64,000 bases of DNA from an uncultured virus (IMG/VR IMGVR_UViG_3300007511_000006) (IMGVR_UViG_3300007511_000006), one strand, 5' to 3'; counted from the stretch's first letter, positions 49,010-59,156 are shown. Translations and numbers: made by a program. The notes: generated by a model from the sequence alone, not told the origin.

Positions 49010-50449
49010 TTAGGCATTATAATCACAGTTGCTACAAGCAGAGGCACACATAGTTAAATTACCACAATCACCGTAGTCGGCATTTAGAGTCTGTAGAAAC
49101 CTATTCTCTGTTGTATTTGGAGTCCATGTATTTGCTATTGTGTCAAAAAATCCTGTTTTGAATACTTCTTCTATACCACCATATTTTAGAGCATTGTTAG
49201 CATCGTTTTTAAAACCAAAAGTTAATAACAATTCTCTCAGATCGTAAGTGTACTCATTTGCAATTCTTGTGTGATTATGACCCATCATACAACACGGATA
49301 AACAAAGCCGTCTGCTGTAATAAAAACTTTAGATTCTGTTACAGCCATGCAATTTATTTTTCTATTACTGTGCTTTTTACTCGATGGTAAACCTCTCAGA
49401 ACTTTATTGACATCAACGTTGTCATATTCTTCAATATTGGTCACTTTCCATAGCGAATCTTTAACCCAAATAAATTTTTCTGCTTCTTCTTCCCATGATT
49501 TATTTTGACTAACATATTTTTCTTGTGCGATTTTTAAAAATGATGTATATTCTTTTATATTAATTTGATCAATTTGGTTATCATCTTCACTAACAAACAT
49601 ATGTGCCTTATATTTTTTTGCAATATTGTATACAGGACCCTTTCCGTGTTTTTGGATAGCCTTTTTAAAAAGATCAGACAATGTTTCATTTACTTCATAA
49701 AGCATTGCATCTAAATATGGATATGATATTTTTATATCTGTTTGTTCTTCATTATTTTTGATGTTTTCTGTTTGATCAGTTAAGTATCTGTCATAATCTT
49801 CTAAGCCTTCCGCACCTTGAAGTTGACCAACATATTCTCCTTTACTGGTATATACTGGAGTATCTTCTGGCCTATCCGTATTGATAATTTCTATTTTTGC
49901 AAAATTATATTCTTTGGCAAGTTCTTTAACATCTTCAAATTGATGTTGATTATGTTTAAAAAGTATAAACTGTAAAATAGCATTTCCGCCTGCGTCTATA
50001 AATGCTTTTGCGTTTTCTAAAACTTTTTTAAGATTTGTGTTTTGTCTATAATAAGAATGTACTTCTTGCGTTGTGCCATCTACTGCAAACCATATTTTCA
50101 TATTTTTATACTTTGCAAAATTTGCCCAATAATCAGTACTATGCATTCCGCCGTTGGTATTAATTTCAATTATAATATCATTATTACAGGAATAAAGATA
50201 ATCTACCATTTGAGGTAGATTAGGATTTACTTGGGCGTCTCCAACATTTCCACAAAATATAACACGTTCTAAGTTGGATACCAGTTTTGATGTTAATAAA
50301 AATTTAAACTCATCTAGCGACATGTGTTTTTGATAGGTGCCTGCTAGTTCTCCATATCCATAATATGCTCTACTACAGGCAGGGCATGCCGCGTTACACT
50401 TTTCGGTTATTTCAATTTGTACACTAGTAATATCTTTATATCTATACAT
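49010..50449 (-). CDS. Radical SAM/SPASM protein
   Basis: CNAACPAC, CGNVGD, NTNGG, C...GFVYPCC...C; start set to ATG 50449. Confidence 0.85.
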   Translation of the reverse strand: MYRYKDITSVQIEITEKCNAACPACSRAYYGYGELAGTYQKHMSLDEFKFLLTSKLVSNLERVIFCGNVGDAQVNPNLPQMVDYLYSCNNDIIIEINTNGGMHSTDYWANFAKYKNMKIWFAVDGTTQEVHSYYRQNTNLKKVLENAKAFIDAGGNAILQFILFKHNQHQFEDVKELAKEYNFAKIEIINTDRPEDTPVYTSKGEYVGQLQGAEGLEDYDRYLTDQTENIKNNEEQTDIKISYPYLDAMLYEVNETLSDLFKKAIQKHGKGPVYNIAKKYKAHMFVSEDDNQIDQINIKEYTSFLKIAQEKYVSQNKSWEEEAEKFIWVKDSLWKVTNIEEYDNVDVNKVLRGLPSSKKHSNRKINCMAVTESKVFITADGFVYPCCMMGHNHTRIANEYTYDLRELLLTFGFKNDANNALKYGGIEEVFKTGFFDTIANTWTPNTTENRFLQTLNADYGDCGNLTMCASACSNCDYNA

Positions 50450-51128
50450 CCAAATTATAATATTGAGCAACGCGTCTGTTCCATTCGTTAGCTGCGTTCT
50501 CAAACTCCTTGCCTTCGATAACAAACTCTTGATAATTTAAGTCTTTAGAGCACATTAACACAACCCCGGTTTTAATGTCTGTACCAAACATTTCATTGTG
50601 TGCTTGTGCGTATGCGGCTAACTGGCAAAAATAGTTGCTAATCCATTCTTTTTTCTTAGGTTTATTAGTTTGCTTAAAGTCAAGTATTGCTAAGTTACCT
50701 TTCCAAAGTCCTACACAATCTGTTGTGCCTGCGTATAATCCTTCATAGTATAGCGAGACTTCTGTACCATATATTTCGCTAACTTTCCTAAGTCCTTCGG
50801 CAATAATAACATTTGACATGTTGTATGCTTTTTGGTGTATGACATTACTGCCAACTTTGCGTTCATGGCTCTCAATATATAATTCTAAATTTTTATGCAT
50901 TAGTGTGCCGACATTTGCGGCTTCTGTACTAATTTGCTGTGCTTGCGTTTCGCCAACACGCTTTTTCCAGTTTGCTAATGCTTCTCTTTCTTGTTGGGAT
51001 TTAGTCGCGTCTAATATAGTTGTAACGCTAGGAACTGCTGATCCATCAGGTAATTGATACTTGCGTTTTCTATCTATAGTCGTAACACGTTTTAATTCGT
51101 TGTAATCGTATTTTTCCAGTAATATCAT
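50442..51128 (-). CDS. PD-(D/E)XK exonuclease
   Basis: PSVTTIL, GT.MH, YAGTTD, ILDFKQ, QLAAY; TTGACA-N17-TATAAT ends 6 nt before ATG. Confidence 0.85.
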   Translation of the reverse strand: MILLEKYDYNELKRVTTIDRKRKYQLPDGSAVPSVTTILDATKSQQEREALANWKKRVGETQAQQISTEAANVGTLMHKNLELYIESHERKVGSNVIHQKAYNMSNVIIAEGLRKVSEIYGTEVSLYYEGLYAGTTDCVGLWKGNLAILDFKQTNKPKKKEWISNYFCQLAAYAQAHNEMFGTDIKTGVVLMCSKDLNYQEFVIEGKEFENAANEWNRRVAQYYNLDV

Positions 51129-51176
51129 GTATATATTATAATTGATTTAAATTTAGATGTCAAGATTTATTCCGCA

Positions 51177-53057
51177 TTAACCTATACGTCTGGCTGGATT
51201 ATTCACCGTAAAAGAAGTATTACCAACTGTGACACTTACTGCTGGCTCATACCCATCACCTGGTTTTGGAAAACGGTAGTGTCCACGATTGCCATTGTTA
51301 AATCCTGTAAATACACCAGTATCTCCGCCCACAATAACAGTTGTTTTGGCATATTTGGAAGGCAACACTACAACAAGCTTATTATCTTTTTCAGATTTTG
51401 GTTTCCAAACTGCTCCAGCTCCCAAAGCACTGAATGAATGAATCCCTATAAAAGTTGTAATAGATCCGCCGTTGCCGCCGTCCTTGTCGCCGACTGAAGC
51501 CCAAGCACTTGCTTTATCATGATTCAAAGTAATATTACCGGCAGTAACTGTCACTGACGATAACTTACTAGTGACTGGCCAACTAGATACATTGTGATGT
51601 AACCAAGATGCACCGACCATACCACTTGATTGTGATGATGTTGTCGATCCGCCCGGTGCAGGCCAAGTAACTTTAATTAAGTTAGATCTTTCGTTAACAT
51701 TTCTTTCGCTTCCCCGCGCTAAACCAGATACCATAAAATAGAGTGTTTCTCCTGTGCTTGGAGACCAAGACGCCAATGGCGGCTGTTTTATATGGTCACC
51801 ATTTACGGCTTTTCGTGATTTAGTTACTTGTCCCGGGCGCATCCATTCCCACGTGGCTGCATACCAATGGCCACTTAAATTAACAAATACCCATGGATTT
51901 GCGGCGACCGGTACACCATTAATAGTGACAGTGCCTCCGACGGGGATCTCGTCTATCAACGAGCCACCAGTTAACAGTTTTCCTGTTGGACTAAATGTTG
52001 TTACGTTAGATACATCTTGGACTGTGCCATCTCCACTGTTTATAATGCCAGGCACTCTTGCGAAATCATTATCTACTTCCGTACGGAATAAACCAATTCC
52101 TGATAATTGTCCCATTGAATTATCAATGTTTCCTGCCATAGTATTGATTAAACCCATTACTGCGTTAAGGGCACCATTCGTATCGCCTGGATCTGCAAAG
52201 TCGTATGATCCGCCGCTTATATCTGTATTTAAATCTTCATACAGGTAATTCTCTATTCCCATTGCTTGGCCGGCAGGTCTCATTACTACTTGTCCATTTC
52301 CTTTATCACCTAAGCCAAAAAAGTTTATCTTTGTTTGTGGGTGTATTGGCTCAGTTAATCCTTCGACTGGCGCAAGGACTCCACTAGTACTTTGTGTTAA
52401 AGCTTCGCCTGACCTTTCTTTAGGCCCCACTGGCCCCATTTGGTCAGGTTTGCCTATAACTAGTGTATCATCTATTATTGAGATATGATCTAATATCGTA
52501 TTATTCCAATTAATTACCCATTTAATAGGTTCAGTTACTCTTGCATCAAACCAATTTCCAGGATGTATTTGGTATCCTAGTTTTCGAAAATGAGTAAGAA
52601 CAGCATTAATTTGTTTGTGTCTTTGGAAAATCTGTGGTTCTTTTTCTTTTATAGCGGCCATAAGTTCTGGCATTGTCATATCTTGGGCATCAGGAATCTC
52701 CATAATGGAAGTGAAAGGATCACCTGTCCATGCCGCGCCATATTGAAATATTTCTTCAAGTAAAAACCAATGGCCATATGTATACTTGCCAGCCATCACT
52801 GGGCCAGTATCTACTACTGCCCTAACATTTCCTGCTTCTGACGATGTTTTAAGAACTTGATTAATGAACTGTACTTCTTGCTTTACAGATGCATCGCCTA
52901 ATATTGTTCTACTGCGTAACGTAGTCGCAGGCGGTGTTTCAGTATTATCTCCAGTAGTACCTACAGCCGGATCATATGTATACCGTATAGTTGTAGGAGT
53001 TCCATACGCTCCGGTTGAGACTTCATCAGTATCATCAGTATTATTATCGTCAGTCAT
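51177..53057 (-). CDS. Multidomain late protein, probably virion-associated
   Basis: Late promoter 5 nt upstream; Trp-rich beta domains in the C-terminal half. Confidence 0.55.
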   Translation of the reverse strand: MTDDNNTDDTDEVSTGAYGTPTTIRYTYDPAVGTTGDNTETPPATTLRSRTILGDASVKQEVQFINQVLKTSSEAGNVRAVVDTGPVMAGKYTYGHWFLLEEIFQYGAAWTGDPFTSIMEIPDAQDMTMPELMAAIKEKEPQIFQRHKQINAVLTHFRKLGYQIHPGNWFDARVTEPIKWVINWNNTILDHISIIDDTLVIGKPDQMGPVGPKERSGEALTQSTSGVLAPVEGLTEPIHPQTKINFFGLGDKGNGQVVMRPAGQAMGIENYLYEDLNTDISGGSYDFADPGDTNGALNAVMGLINTMAGNIDNSMGQLSGIGLFRTEVDNDFARVPGIINSGDGTVQDVSNVTTFSPTGKLLTGGSLIDEIPVGGTVTINGVPVAANPWVFVNLSGHWYAATWEWMRPGQVTKSRKAVNGDHIKQPPLASWSPSTGETLYFMVSGLARGSERNVNERSNLIKVTWPAPGGSTTSSQSSGMVGASWLHHNVSSWPVTSKLSSVTVTAGNITLNHDKASAWASVGDKDGGNGGSITTFIGIHSFSALGAGAVWKPKSEKDNKLVVVLPSKYAKTTVIVGGDTGVFTGFNNGNRGHYRFPKPGDGYEPAVSVTVGNTSFTVNNPARRIG

Positions 53058-53065
53058 AATAATAT

Positions 53066-53617
53066 TTATAATAGTTTTAGTTTTGTAAGATACAACTGTA
53101 AATCTTTATCATTAACACCTTTAACAGTGCTAGCTGCCTTATGTAAAGCTACTCCAGAATTATCTCCTCGTTTTTTATATTGTATATAATACTTTGCCGC
53201 CAACTTATATGCCTTATTTTTTATTGCTGTCATTAGTTTACCTTCATCAAGTTCCAATTCAGCATATTTGTTATTCATTACCGCAGGCTTTAATTTAAAC
53301 CCTGGGTCTGGTATAATTATTTCATATTTGTCTGTAGTTTTTGTTGATGTTTCTTTAGGCATACCATCTTTTTTTAATTGTTGAAAACTGTTTTTACTTA
53401 ATTGTTTTACCCAATTTTTTTGTTTCTTACCTTTGGGATTAGTCCAAATCAATTGAAATATTTTCTTTTTAGTAGCTCCAGCTCCCAGGCGATACTCTCT
53501 TTCTTCTCCTTCATCAAGTCCATGCCATTCTTTAAATGTTTTAACACCCATTGCGTTTTGCACAGTTCTAAACAGTGTTAAAGCATCTTTACTATTAGCA
53601 AATTCGAAAAGTCTCAT
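53066..53617 (-). CDS. Putative head-internal protein
   Basis: Starts MRLFEF at ATG 53617, coupled to the upstream stop. Confidence 0.55.
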   Translation of the reverse strand: MRLFEFANSKDALTLFRTVQNAMGVKTFKEWHGLDEGEEREYRLGAGATKKKIFQLIWTNPKGKKQKNWVKQLSKNSFQQLKKDGMPKETSTKTTDKYEIIIPDPGFKLKPAVMNNKYAELELDEGKLMTAIKNKAYKLAAKYYIQYKKRGDNSGVALHKAASTVKGVNDKDLQLYLTKLKLL

Positions 53618-53982
53618 TACCAAGAAATTTCCCAATAAAATGTATCATTTGTTGTGGTGTTTTTCTTTCTAACAATTGTGTACTTTTTATTGGTAAAATG
53701 ACTCATTACTTCTGACATTTGTTCAGATCGTAGTGTGCTTTCTGTATTACCTTTCCATACACTATAAAACGCTTCACCTGTTGCGTCATCATTTGTCATT
53801 GGGCTACCTGTAACTACTGTGCCATTAATAGTAACTGTGGTTGTATCAGTTGCCGTTGTTGACAAAGCGTTACTAGCAACAGCGGCTAATACACGTAATT
53901 CTAGTATTAATATTTCTTGAGCAATTAACTGATTATCTTGTCCGCGATCTCTTGCGTGGGATGCCGTTGGAAAATATGCCAT
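53617..53982 (-). CDS. Virion structural protein (hypothetical)
   Basis: Thr-rich; ends FYWEISW. Confidence 0.55.
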   Translation of the reverse strand: MAYFPTASHARDRGQDNQLIAQEILILELRVLAAVASNALSTTATDTTTVTINGTVVTGSPMTNDDATGEAFYSVWKGNTESTLRSEQMSEVMSHFTNKKYTIVRKKNTTTNDTFYWEISW

Positions 53983-53985
53983 AAT

Positions 53986-54366
53986 TTATGTTCTCTTCTT
54001 CAATGCTCTTTTAGCCATACTGTCAACTTTGTTTTGACTTGGCTCATCAATATTTGCTTCATCCGAAACATCTACTTCTAATTCTTCTTCTGTGTTTAAT
54101 GTAATGAAATCTTTATCGAAGTTTTTAATTAAATTTTGGACTCCGGGGTCCATATCATAAATTTGTTTAAAACCATCAAAATCTATAACATGCCCTAAGT
54201 TTCTCATAGTATGAACTAATTCTACAAAACTTATTTCATTATCACCTATTTCTGCTGAATTATCTGCACTTTTAAGTTCGTGATTTAATACGGTAATCAA
54301 CGCTTCGACCATGTCGTCGTCTACAGGTCCTTGCTCCGTCAAATTTAAAATTTCAGCAAATCGCAT
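53986..54366 (-). CDS. Putative head-internal protein
   Basis: Starts MRFAEILNLTE; ends VDSMAKRA. Confidence 0.6.
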   Translation of the reverse strand: MRFAEILNLTEQGPVDDDMVEALITVLNHELKSADNSAEIGDNEISFVELVHTMRNLGHVIDFDGFKQIYDMDPGVQNLIKNFDKDFITLNTEEELEVDVSDEANIDEPSQNKVDSMAKRALKKRT

Positions 54367-54367
54367 A

Positions 54368-55516
54368 TTACTCGCGCTCTTCTCTTCCTTCTGGCTCTTC
54401 TGCGCCGGCCGCTACATCAGCAGTTGAAAACTCTTCTTCACCTGGAATTTCTTCACCTGGAATTTCTTCAACATCAGCACCCATTTGCTCTACAGGTTGT
54501 TCTTCACCTGTAATGATTCTGCTTGCTTGTGCTAATGTTTCACGTCCTTGTCCATTTGTATCAACCAAATTGTCTAATGTAGGAAGGGCAATGTTAGCAT
54601 ATGCTTCGCTCATCTCGGAGCCTAATTCATCACGCATTGCATCTAACAATGGTGGTAAATCTTCGTTGCGTAGTTTGCTTAAATCATCAACTGCTTTTTG
54701 TACTCTATCTACAACATCTTTAGATGCTAGTAGTAGTTCTGCTTGGTCTTCTTGACTTTCGTACAATGCGCGTAATCTTTCTGAAATCTCTACCTCTGTT
54801 GATTCTAAGCCAAGTAGTTTCTTTGCTCTTTTATCAATATTTTTTAGTAGTTGCACATTAGCCATGCCTGATCGCATAATGTCATCTAAAATATTAATTA
54901 GAGGAAGGAATGTTTTAACATATATAGCAGGAACAGACTTGCCATTCATAGCCATTTCAATAGCAGTTTTCGCTCGCACCATGTTTTGACCGCCAACTAG
55001 AATACGAAGTGCTTGCATACCTTTAGGATCAAATGTATATCTGTCGTCTTTCTCTTTCTTTTCTGAAATTTCTTCTTCATTTACATCTTCCGGACAAGGT
55101 TTCTTTTTCTTCATCTTACCTGCCGCTTCTTTTACTTTTGCTTTCTTTTTGCCTGGTCTTGCTTTCTTTTTGCCTGGTCCTGCACCAAATCCAGCATCGG
55201 CAGTACTGCCTTGGTTTGGAATTTTTTCTGCATCTGCGGCCTTTTCATTTTCAGGACTAAATTCTAACAACTCTTCAATATGCTTTTCTAAATTTTCTTT
55301 AATAAAGATCTTTGCTAGATATGATTTTGAGTTATGCAAATTGTGCCTATCTTCTGATAAGCGTTGCTTTTTAATCTCTTCATTTACTGTTAGGAGTAAT
55401 TTTTGTGTATGATCTAGGTCCAATTTAGTAATGTCTACCTTTACACCAAAGGCATTTTGGACACTATTGCTTAATTCTCCTGCTGTTTGTGTTGTATTTA
55501 AATCTGTTAAATTCAT
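54368..55516 (-). CDS. Putative prohead core/scaffold-like protein
   Basis: Helical and acidic with LxE sites; EEIPG repeat. Confidence 0.5.
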   Translation of the reverse strand: MNLTDLNTTQTAGELSNSVQNAFGVKVDITKLDLDHTQKLLLTVNEEIKKQRLSEDRHNLHNSKSYLAKIFIKENLEKHIEELLEFSPENEKAADAEKIPNQGSTADAGFGAGPGKKKARPGKKKAKVKEAAGKMKKKKPCPEDVNEEEISEKKEKDDRYTFDPKGMQALRILVGGQNMVRAKTAIEMAMNGKSVPAIYVKTFLPLINILDDIMRSGMANVQLLKNIDKRAKKLLGLESTEVEISERLRALYESQEDQAELLLASKDVVDRVQKAVDDLSKLRNEDLPPLLDAMRDELGSEMSEAYANIALPTLDNLVDTNGQGRETLAQASRIITGEEQPVEQMGADVEEIPGEEIPGEEEFSTADVAAGAEEPEGREERE

Positions 55517-55561
55517 AATATGTTTCCAAATCTGTAATATAAAATAAGTTATTCGTATTTA

Positions 55562-56041
55562 TTAAAAAACGCAATTATAATATAGTTGCGTTAAGTTGTC
55601 TTTTGCCTCTTGGGCATTCCAAACGTAGGTTTTAACTCTAGATTCTATAAAATCTACTTTAAACCAATCGCTTTCTTCAGCATAATACTTAATTTTTTCT
55701 TTGGATATTAATAATTTTTCAACTGCATTGCCATATTTTATATCGCTCTCGAGTACTTGCTTATATTTTACTTGATCACCATTATTATGAAAAACAGCCA
55801 GCATAATAGCAGCCTTTTTTGTGTATATATTTTTCTCGATAATTGAATAACCTTTGTTATATCCTTTCTTAAGAACATATCCATTTTGTGTTTTTCTAAT
55901 TCGAATATCGCCTACTTTTATGCCTTTATTAAGTTTTTTAATTTTTAAATAATGTAATCTTCCATGCTTTTCTAACTTCTCCATCATGTCGTCATACATG
56001 TCCGAAAAAGTCGCATCGATTTTTTTCTTAGATTGGTTCAT
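55562..56041 (-). CDS. Hypothetical protein
   Basis: TAAATA 5 nt upstream. Confidence 0.6.
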   Translation of the reverse strand: MNQSKKKIDATFSDMYDDMMEKLEKHGRLHYLKIKKLNKGIKVGDIRIRKTQNGYVLKKGYNKGYSIIEKNIYTKKAAIMLAVFHNNGDQVKYKQVLESDIKYGNAVEKLLISKEKIKYYAEESDWFKVDFIESRVKTYVWNAQEAKDNLTQLYYNCVF

Positions 56042-56077
56042 ACTAATATTTAACCGTATACGGTTGTTTAAAAAATA

Positions 56078-56914
56078 TTATTGGTCAGCAATCATGTTAA
56101 CAATTGTTTTACCACGATTACCAACTTGATTGTACCACTTACTATTTTGTAGTTCTTTTGCGGCAGTTTTCCAATCACCTTTTTCGGCCGCCGCGGAAAA
56201 TTTTGGCCATGTCTTGTGCCAATTTGGACCCATATTATAAGCCAAATCAACCATCGCTTGTTTGCGTCTTTGGTCCGCTAAATTATAACCAGGTGTTGTT
56301 CTTGCACCCTTTACATGATGCTCAAAGTCTTTGTCAAACATTTCGTCTGCTTGTTGGTCTGTAATGCCTTTGGAAAAGTCTTCGCCAGGCTTAACTAAGT
56401 GTCCATAACCAATTGTGTCCTTGCCAACTGTGTCTTTATAAACTTTTAAGCGTTTGCCTTCGTGATGCTTAATCATACTCTTAAGAGCATTTACATCACC
56501 AAATTCTTTGTCATATGGATCTTGTTCGATTGTTTGTGTTATTTGTGTTTTTGTTTGTAGATCAGGCTGTGGTGTATTTTGATCAATTGAATGTATGCCA
56601 CTTGCCGCCAATGCTCCAGCGGCCGCAACACTGGCCGCAGTTTTTTTGAGATCTTCGTTCAATATATCTTTATATAATGACACTTTTATTTGAGACTCAT
56701 CTAGTTTAAAGTTGCGTATATACGCTATCTTACCTTCAACTTTTACACGTTTAAGAATATCCTTCTTAACTAAGCCATCAGCAATCCACTGCTCATGCTC
56801 ATTTAGATCTCTTTTAAATACTCTCTTATCAGTGTATTTTAACAGATAATCACTCTCTTGTAAATTAACGTAAACTAAACTTACATTTGGATTCTGTATT
56901 TGTGCAAATCTCAT
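56078..56914 (-). CDS. GH24 (T4-type) lysozyme with an extra N-terminal domain
   Basis: HEGKRLKVYKDTVGKDTIGYGH (E-D-T triad), AYNMG, SKWYNQVGNR. Confidence 0.85.
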   Translation of the reverse strand: MRFAQIQNPNVSLVYVNLQESDYLLKYTDKRVFKRDLNEHEQWIADGLVKKDILKRVKVEGKIAYIRNFKLDESQIKVSLYKDILNEDLKKTAASVAAAGALAASGIHSIDQNTPQPDLQTKTQITQTIEQDPYDKEFGDVNALKSMIKHHEGKRLKVYKDTVGKDTIGYGHLVKPGEDFSKGITDQQADEMFDKDFEHHVKGARTTPGYNLADQRRKQAMVDLAYNMGPNWHKTWPKFSAAAEKGDWKTAAKELQNSKWYNQVGNRGKTIVNMIADQ

Positions 56915-56923
56915 TTCTTTTTC

Positions 56924-57376
56924 CTAATTTATTTTGTTCAACTCATACTGCACCATGTCGCCTTGGTCTTCAACGTATGCGTTATAGCCTAACTGTCTAG
57001 CAAACTTTTGTACCATTCTAGAATAAAGGTTTGTTCTGCTTGGGTTGTCGCCTATATCTCCTTTTTCACCGGAAAAAAATATCATTTCGGGACTACGTTC
57101 TTTAATAAACTTTTTTATAGCGTGTAAAACTGTAGCAAATATTTTATAAGCATCGCCTTCACCTGATACATCTTGACTATGATTTCTATGAAACTCTACT
57201 TGATATTCCCCGTTCCCTTCATGATTGAACATAATAAGCAGTGGTGTGTCGTCAGGTAAGTTGGCAAATGCTCGCATGCCGCCATGGGGGCCCGGGCCCT
57301 GGAAGCCATCCGTTTCACCTGTCCATGATAGAGGATAAGGTTGGTCAAATGTTTCAAACAGTTCTGCTATTTTCAT
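56924..57376 (-). CDS. Putative head-internal protein
   Basis: MKIAELFE; GEGDAYKIFATV...SRTNLY. Confidence 0.6.
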   Translation of the reverse strand: MKIAELFETFDQPYPLSWTGETDGFQGPGPHGGMRAFANLPDDTPLLIMFNHEGNGEYQVEFHRNHSQDVSGEGDAYKIFATVLHAIKKFIKERSPEMIFFSGEKGDIGDNPSRTNLYSRMVQKFARQLGYNAYVEDQGDMVQYELNKIN

Positions 57377-57906
57377 TTCTTACCGCCTTTCATGTTAAAG
57401 TTCTCGCTTAGGTATTCGTCTAGAGCATCTTCACCAGTTGGACTAATTGCCCAAGCACCATCGCCACCATAAATTAAACCTGAGCCATCTAGTTCATCAT
57501 ATAATCTGCTCATAGCAGGTGTAAGACTGTGTGAATCTTCTTCAAAGTCCATACCTAATTCGTCTGCTGTGGCTATTGCTTTTAACAATAGCATGCCGCC
57601 GTGTCCTTTATTACGAAACTCTGGGAATATTTCTGCAAAGTTACGCACATTATCTTCGTTGCGTGTATGTGTATATTGTCCTGCGTGTTTACCGTCTACG
57701 TATAAATCTACAGTAAAACCATTTTTTTGTTTGGTTACGCGAAACTGCTTACCGTCAACAAAGCTTTCGTTTGTAAGTAATTTTGGCTTTCCGCTACCAA
57801 GTCCTAACTTTTTAACATTAGCATATTCGCTTCCAATTGGAGCGTCTTTTGTGGCATTTTGTTTTGTAATAATGCCTACTGCTTCAGTTAATTCTGCAAT
57901 TTTCAT
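57373..57906 (-). CDS. Putative packaged GNAT-like protein
   Basis: MKIAELTE; PEFRNKGHG acetyl-CoA-binding-like motif. Confidence 0.55.
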   Translation of the reverse strand: MKIAELTEAVGIITKQNATKDAPIGSEYANVKKLGLGSGKPKLLTNESFVDGKQFRVTKQKNGFTVDLYVDGKHAGQYTHTRNEDNVRNFAEIFPEFRNKGHGGMLLLKAIATADELGMDFEEDSHSLTPAMSRLYDELDGSGLIYGGDGAWAISPTGEDALDEYLSENFNMKGGKK

Positions 57907-57913
57907 ACTGTAT

Positions 57914-58504
57914 TTATAGGTTATTGTTAGCTAACCAAGCAGTATATATACTCCGATAATAACTTTCTATCTCAATAACATCTAACAACTTTCCATTAAC
58001 TATATCTTCTAGTTTAATAATATTATCAGTGTGCTGTTTAATTAGGTGAGAGAAATGTATATACATTTCTGCATATTGTTTTATAGTTGTAGCGTCACAT
58101 ACTTGGGTCATTTCTTCCCACGTGTGGGGGCGATGTAACTGTTTAAATCGCTCTGCGGCCCACATTGCTATGTCAAAGTCATCGACAGTAATACCTATGA
58201 AGTCGTGTTTTCGTTCAATATGGTAGGCCAAATCATGACTTGGAATACTACCATAATATTTTGCAATTTCTATTAGGTAATGATCTTTCTCACTATTATT
58301 TTTAAATAAATGGGGTTTTTTAAGTCTACTACGATCTTTTGATAACCTGATTCTATTAGAATCAGACCTGATTCTATTAGAATCAGACCTGATATCAGAC
58401 CTGATTCTATTCTTATTAATTTTGCCATTGCATGAATCATATAGCATAGTAATAAGATCACCGCATGATCCGCCCATGTAAACTATAAGGAATAAGTCTT
58501 TCAT
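57914..58504 (-). CDS. Hypothetical protein (sulfotransferase/P-loop-like start YMGGSCGD)
   Basis: Start set to ATG 58504; internal IRSDSNR repeat. Confidence 0.5.
   Translation of the reverse strand: MKDLFLIVYMGGSCGDLITMLYDSCNGKINKNRIRSDIRSDSNRIRSDSNRIRLSKDRSRLKKPHLFKNNSEKDHYLIEIAKYYGSIPSHDLAYHIERKHDFIGITVDDFDIAMWAAERFKQLHRPHTWEEMTQVCDATTIKQYAEMYIHFSHLIKQHTDNIIKLEDIVNGKLLDVIEIESYYRSIYTAWLANNNL
58345..58411. repeat. Tandem 21-bp palindromic units ACCTGATTCTATTAGAATCAG x2 plus partial copies
   Basis: Units at 58345 and 58366, 12-bp variant at 58387, partial copy at 58399. Confidence 0.9.
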
Positions 58505-58640
58505 TAATTGATTTATGATTGGGTGTGGCGTTTTGTTTTGTAACGAGTTCTGCTTTACCTTTACTATACTGCTCGTCATACCATTTACGTAAATTTTCTA
58601 GAATACGTAAATCTTCTGTAAGTAATTCGTTTATTAACAT
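58458..58640 (-). CDS. Short putative head-internal protein
   Basis: MLINELLTE start; shares TKQNAT with 57373..57906. Confidence 0.45.
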   Translation of the reverse strand: MLINELLTEDLRILENLRKWYDEQYSKGKAELVTKQNATPNHKSINERLIPYSLHGRIMR

Positions 58641-58649
58641 TATTTTTTC

Positions 58650-59156
58650 TTATTTATTGGTCAGACTAACACTTTCTACATTTAATGGAATATCACGTCT
58701 ATCTAATTTATTAATTTCTCTAGACTTTTCTCCGATTCCTCTTTCTTGTGCAAAACTAATCTTGGGCGTGCCATCTTGGTTGACGTCATCAATATAATAA
58801 TTTGCTATGAGAAACTCCTTGGTACTGGGATTGTCCGCACTAGGATCTTGTGTCGCGACTACGCGAGAAGGACTTTTAGATACTACAAACCAAAGCTCTG
58901 CCACGTCTGTTAATTTTGGTATTACCGTAAACTGTTGGCCCGGCACCATACCGCGCACTATTTGTTTTTGTTCCGCTTCCGACTTTTTCTTCATTAAAGT
59001 GGGGCCATTGGGATTATCTAGATCAATACGTTTATCTCTAAGATCTATACTAGTCTCTGTACTATCACCCGCATTAGAAGCCAGCGGCAAGGTTGTGCCT
59101 CGAACAGGTCCAGAAATTTGATATACTGCTTCTGTAAATAATTCTTCTAGCTTCAT
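58650..59156 (-). CDS. Putative head-internal protein
   Basis: MKLEELFTE start. Confidence 0.6.
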   Translation of the reverse strand: MKLEELFTEAVYQISGPVRGTTLPLASNAGDSTETSIDLRDKRIDLDNPNGPTLMKKKSEAEQKQIVRGMVPGQQFTVIPKLTDVAELWFVVSKSPSRVVATQDPSADNPSTKEFLIANYYIDDVNQDGTPKISFAQERGIGEKSREINKLDRRDIPLNVESVSLTNK

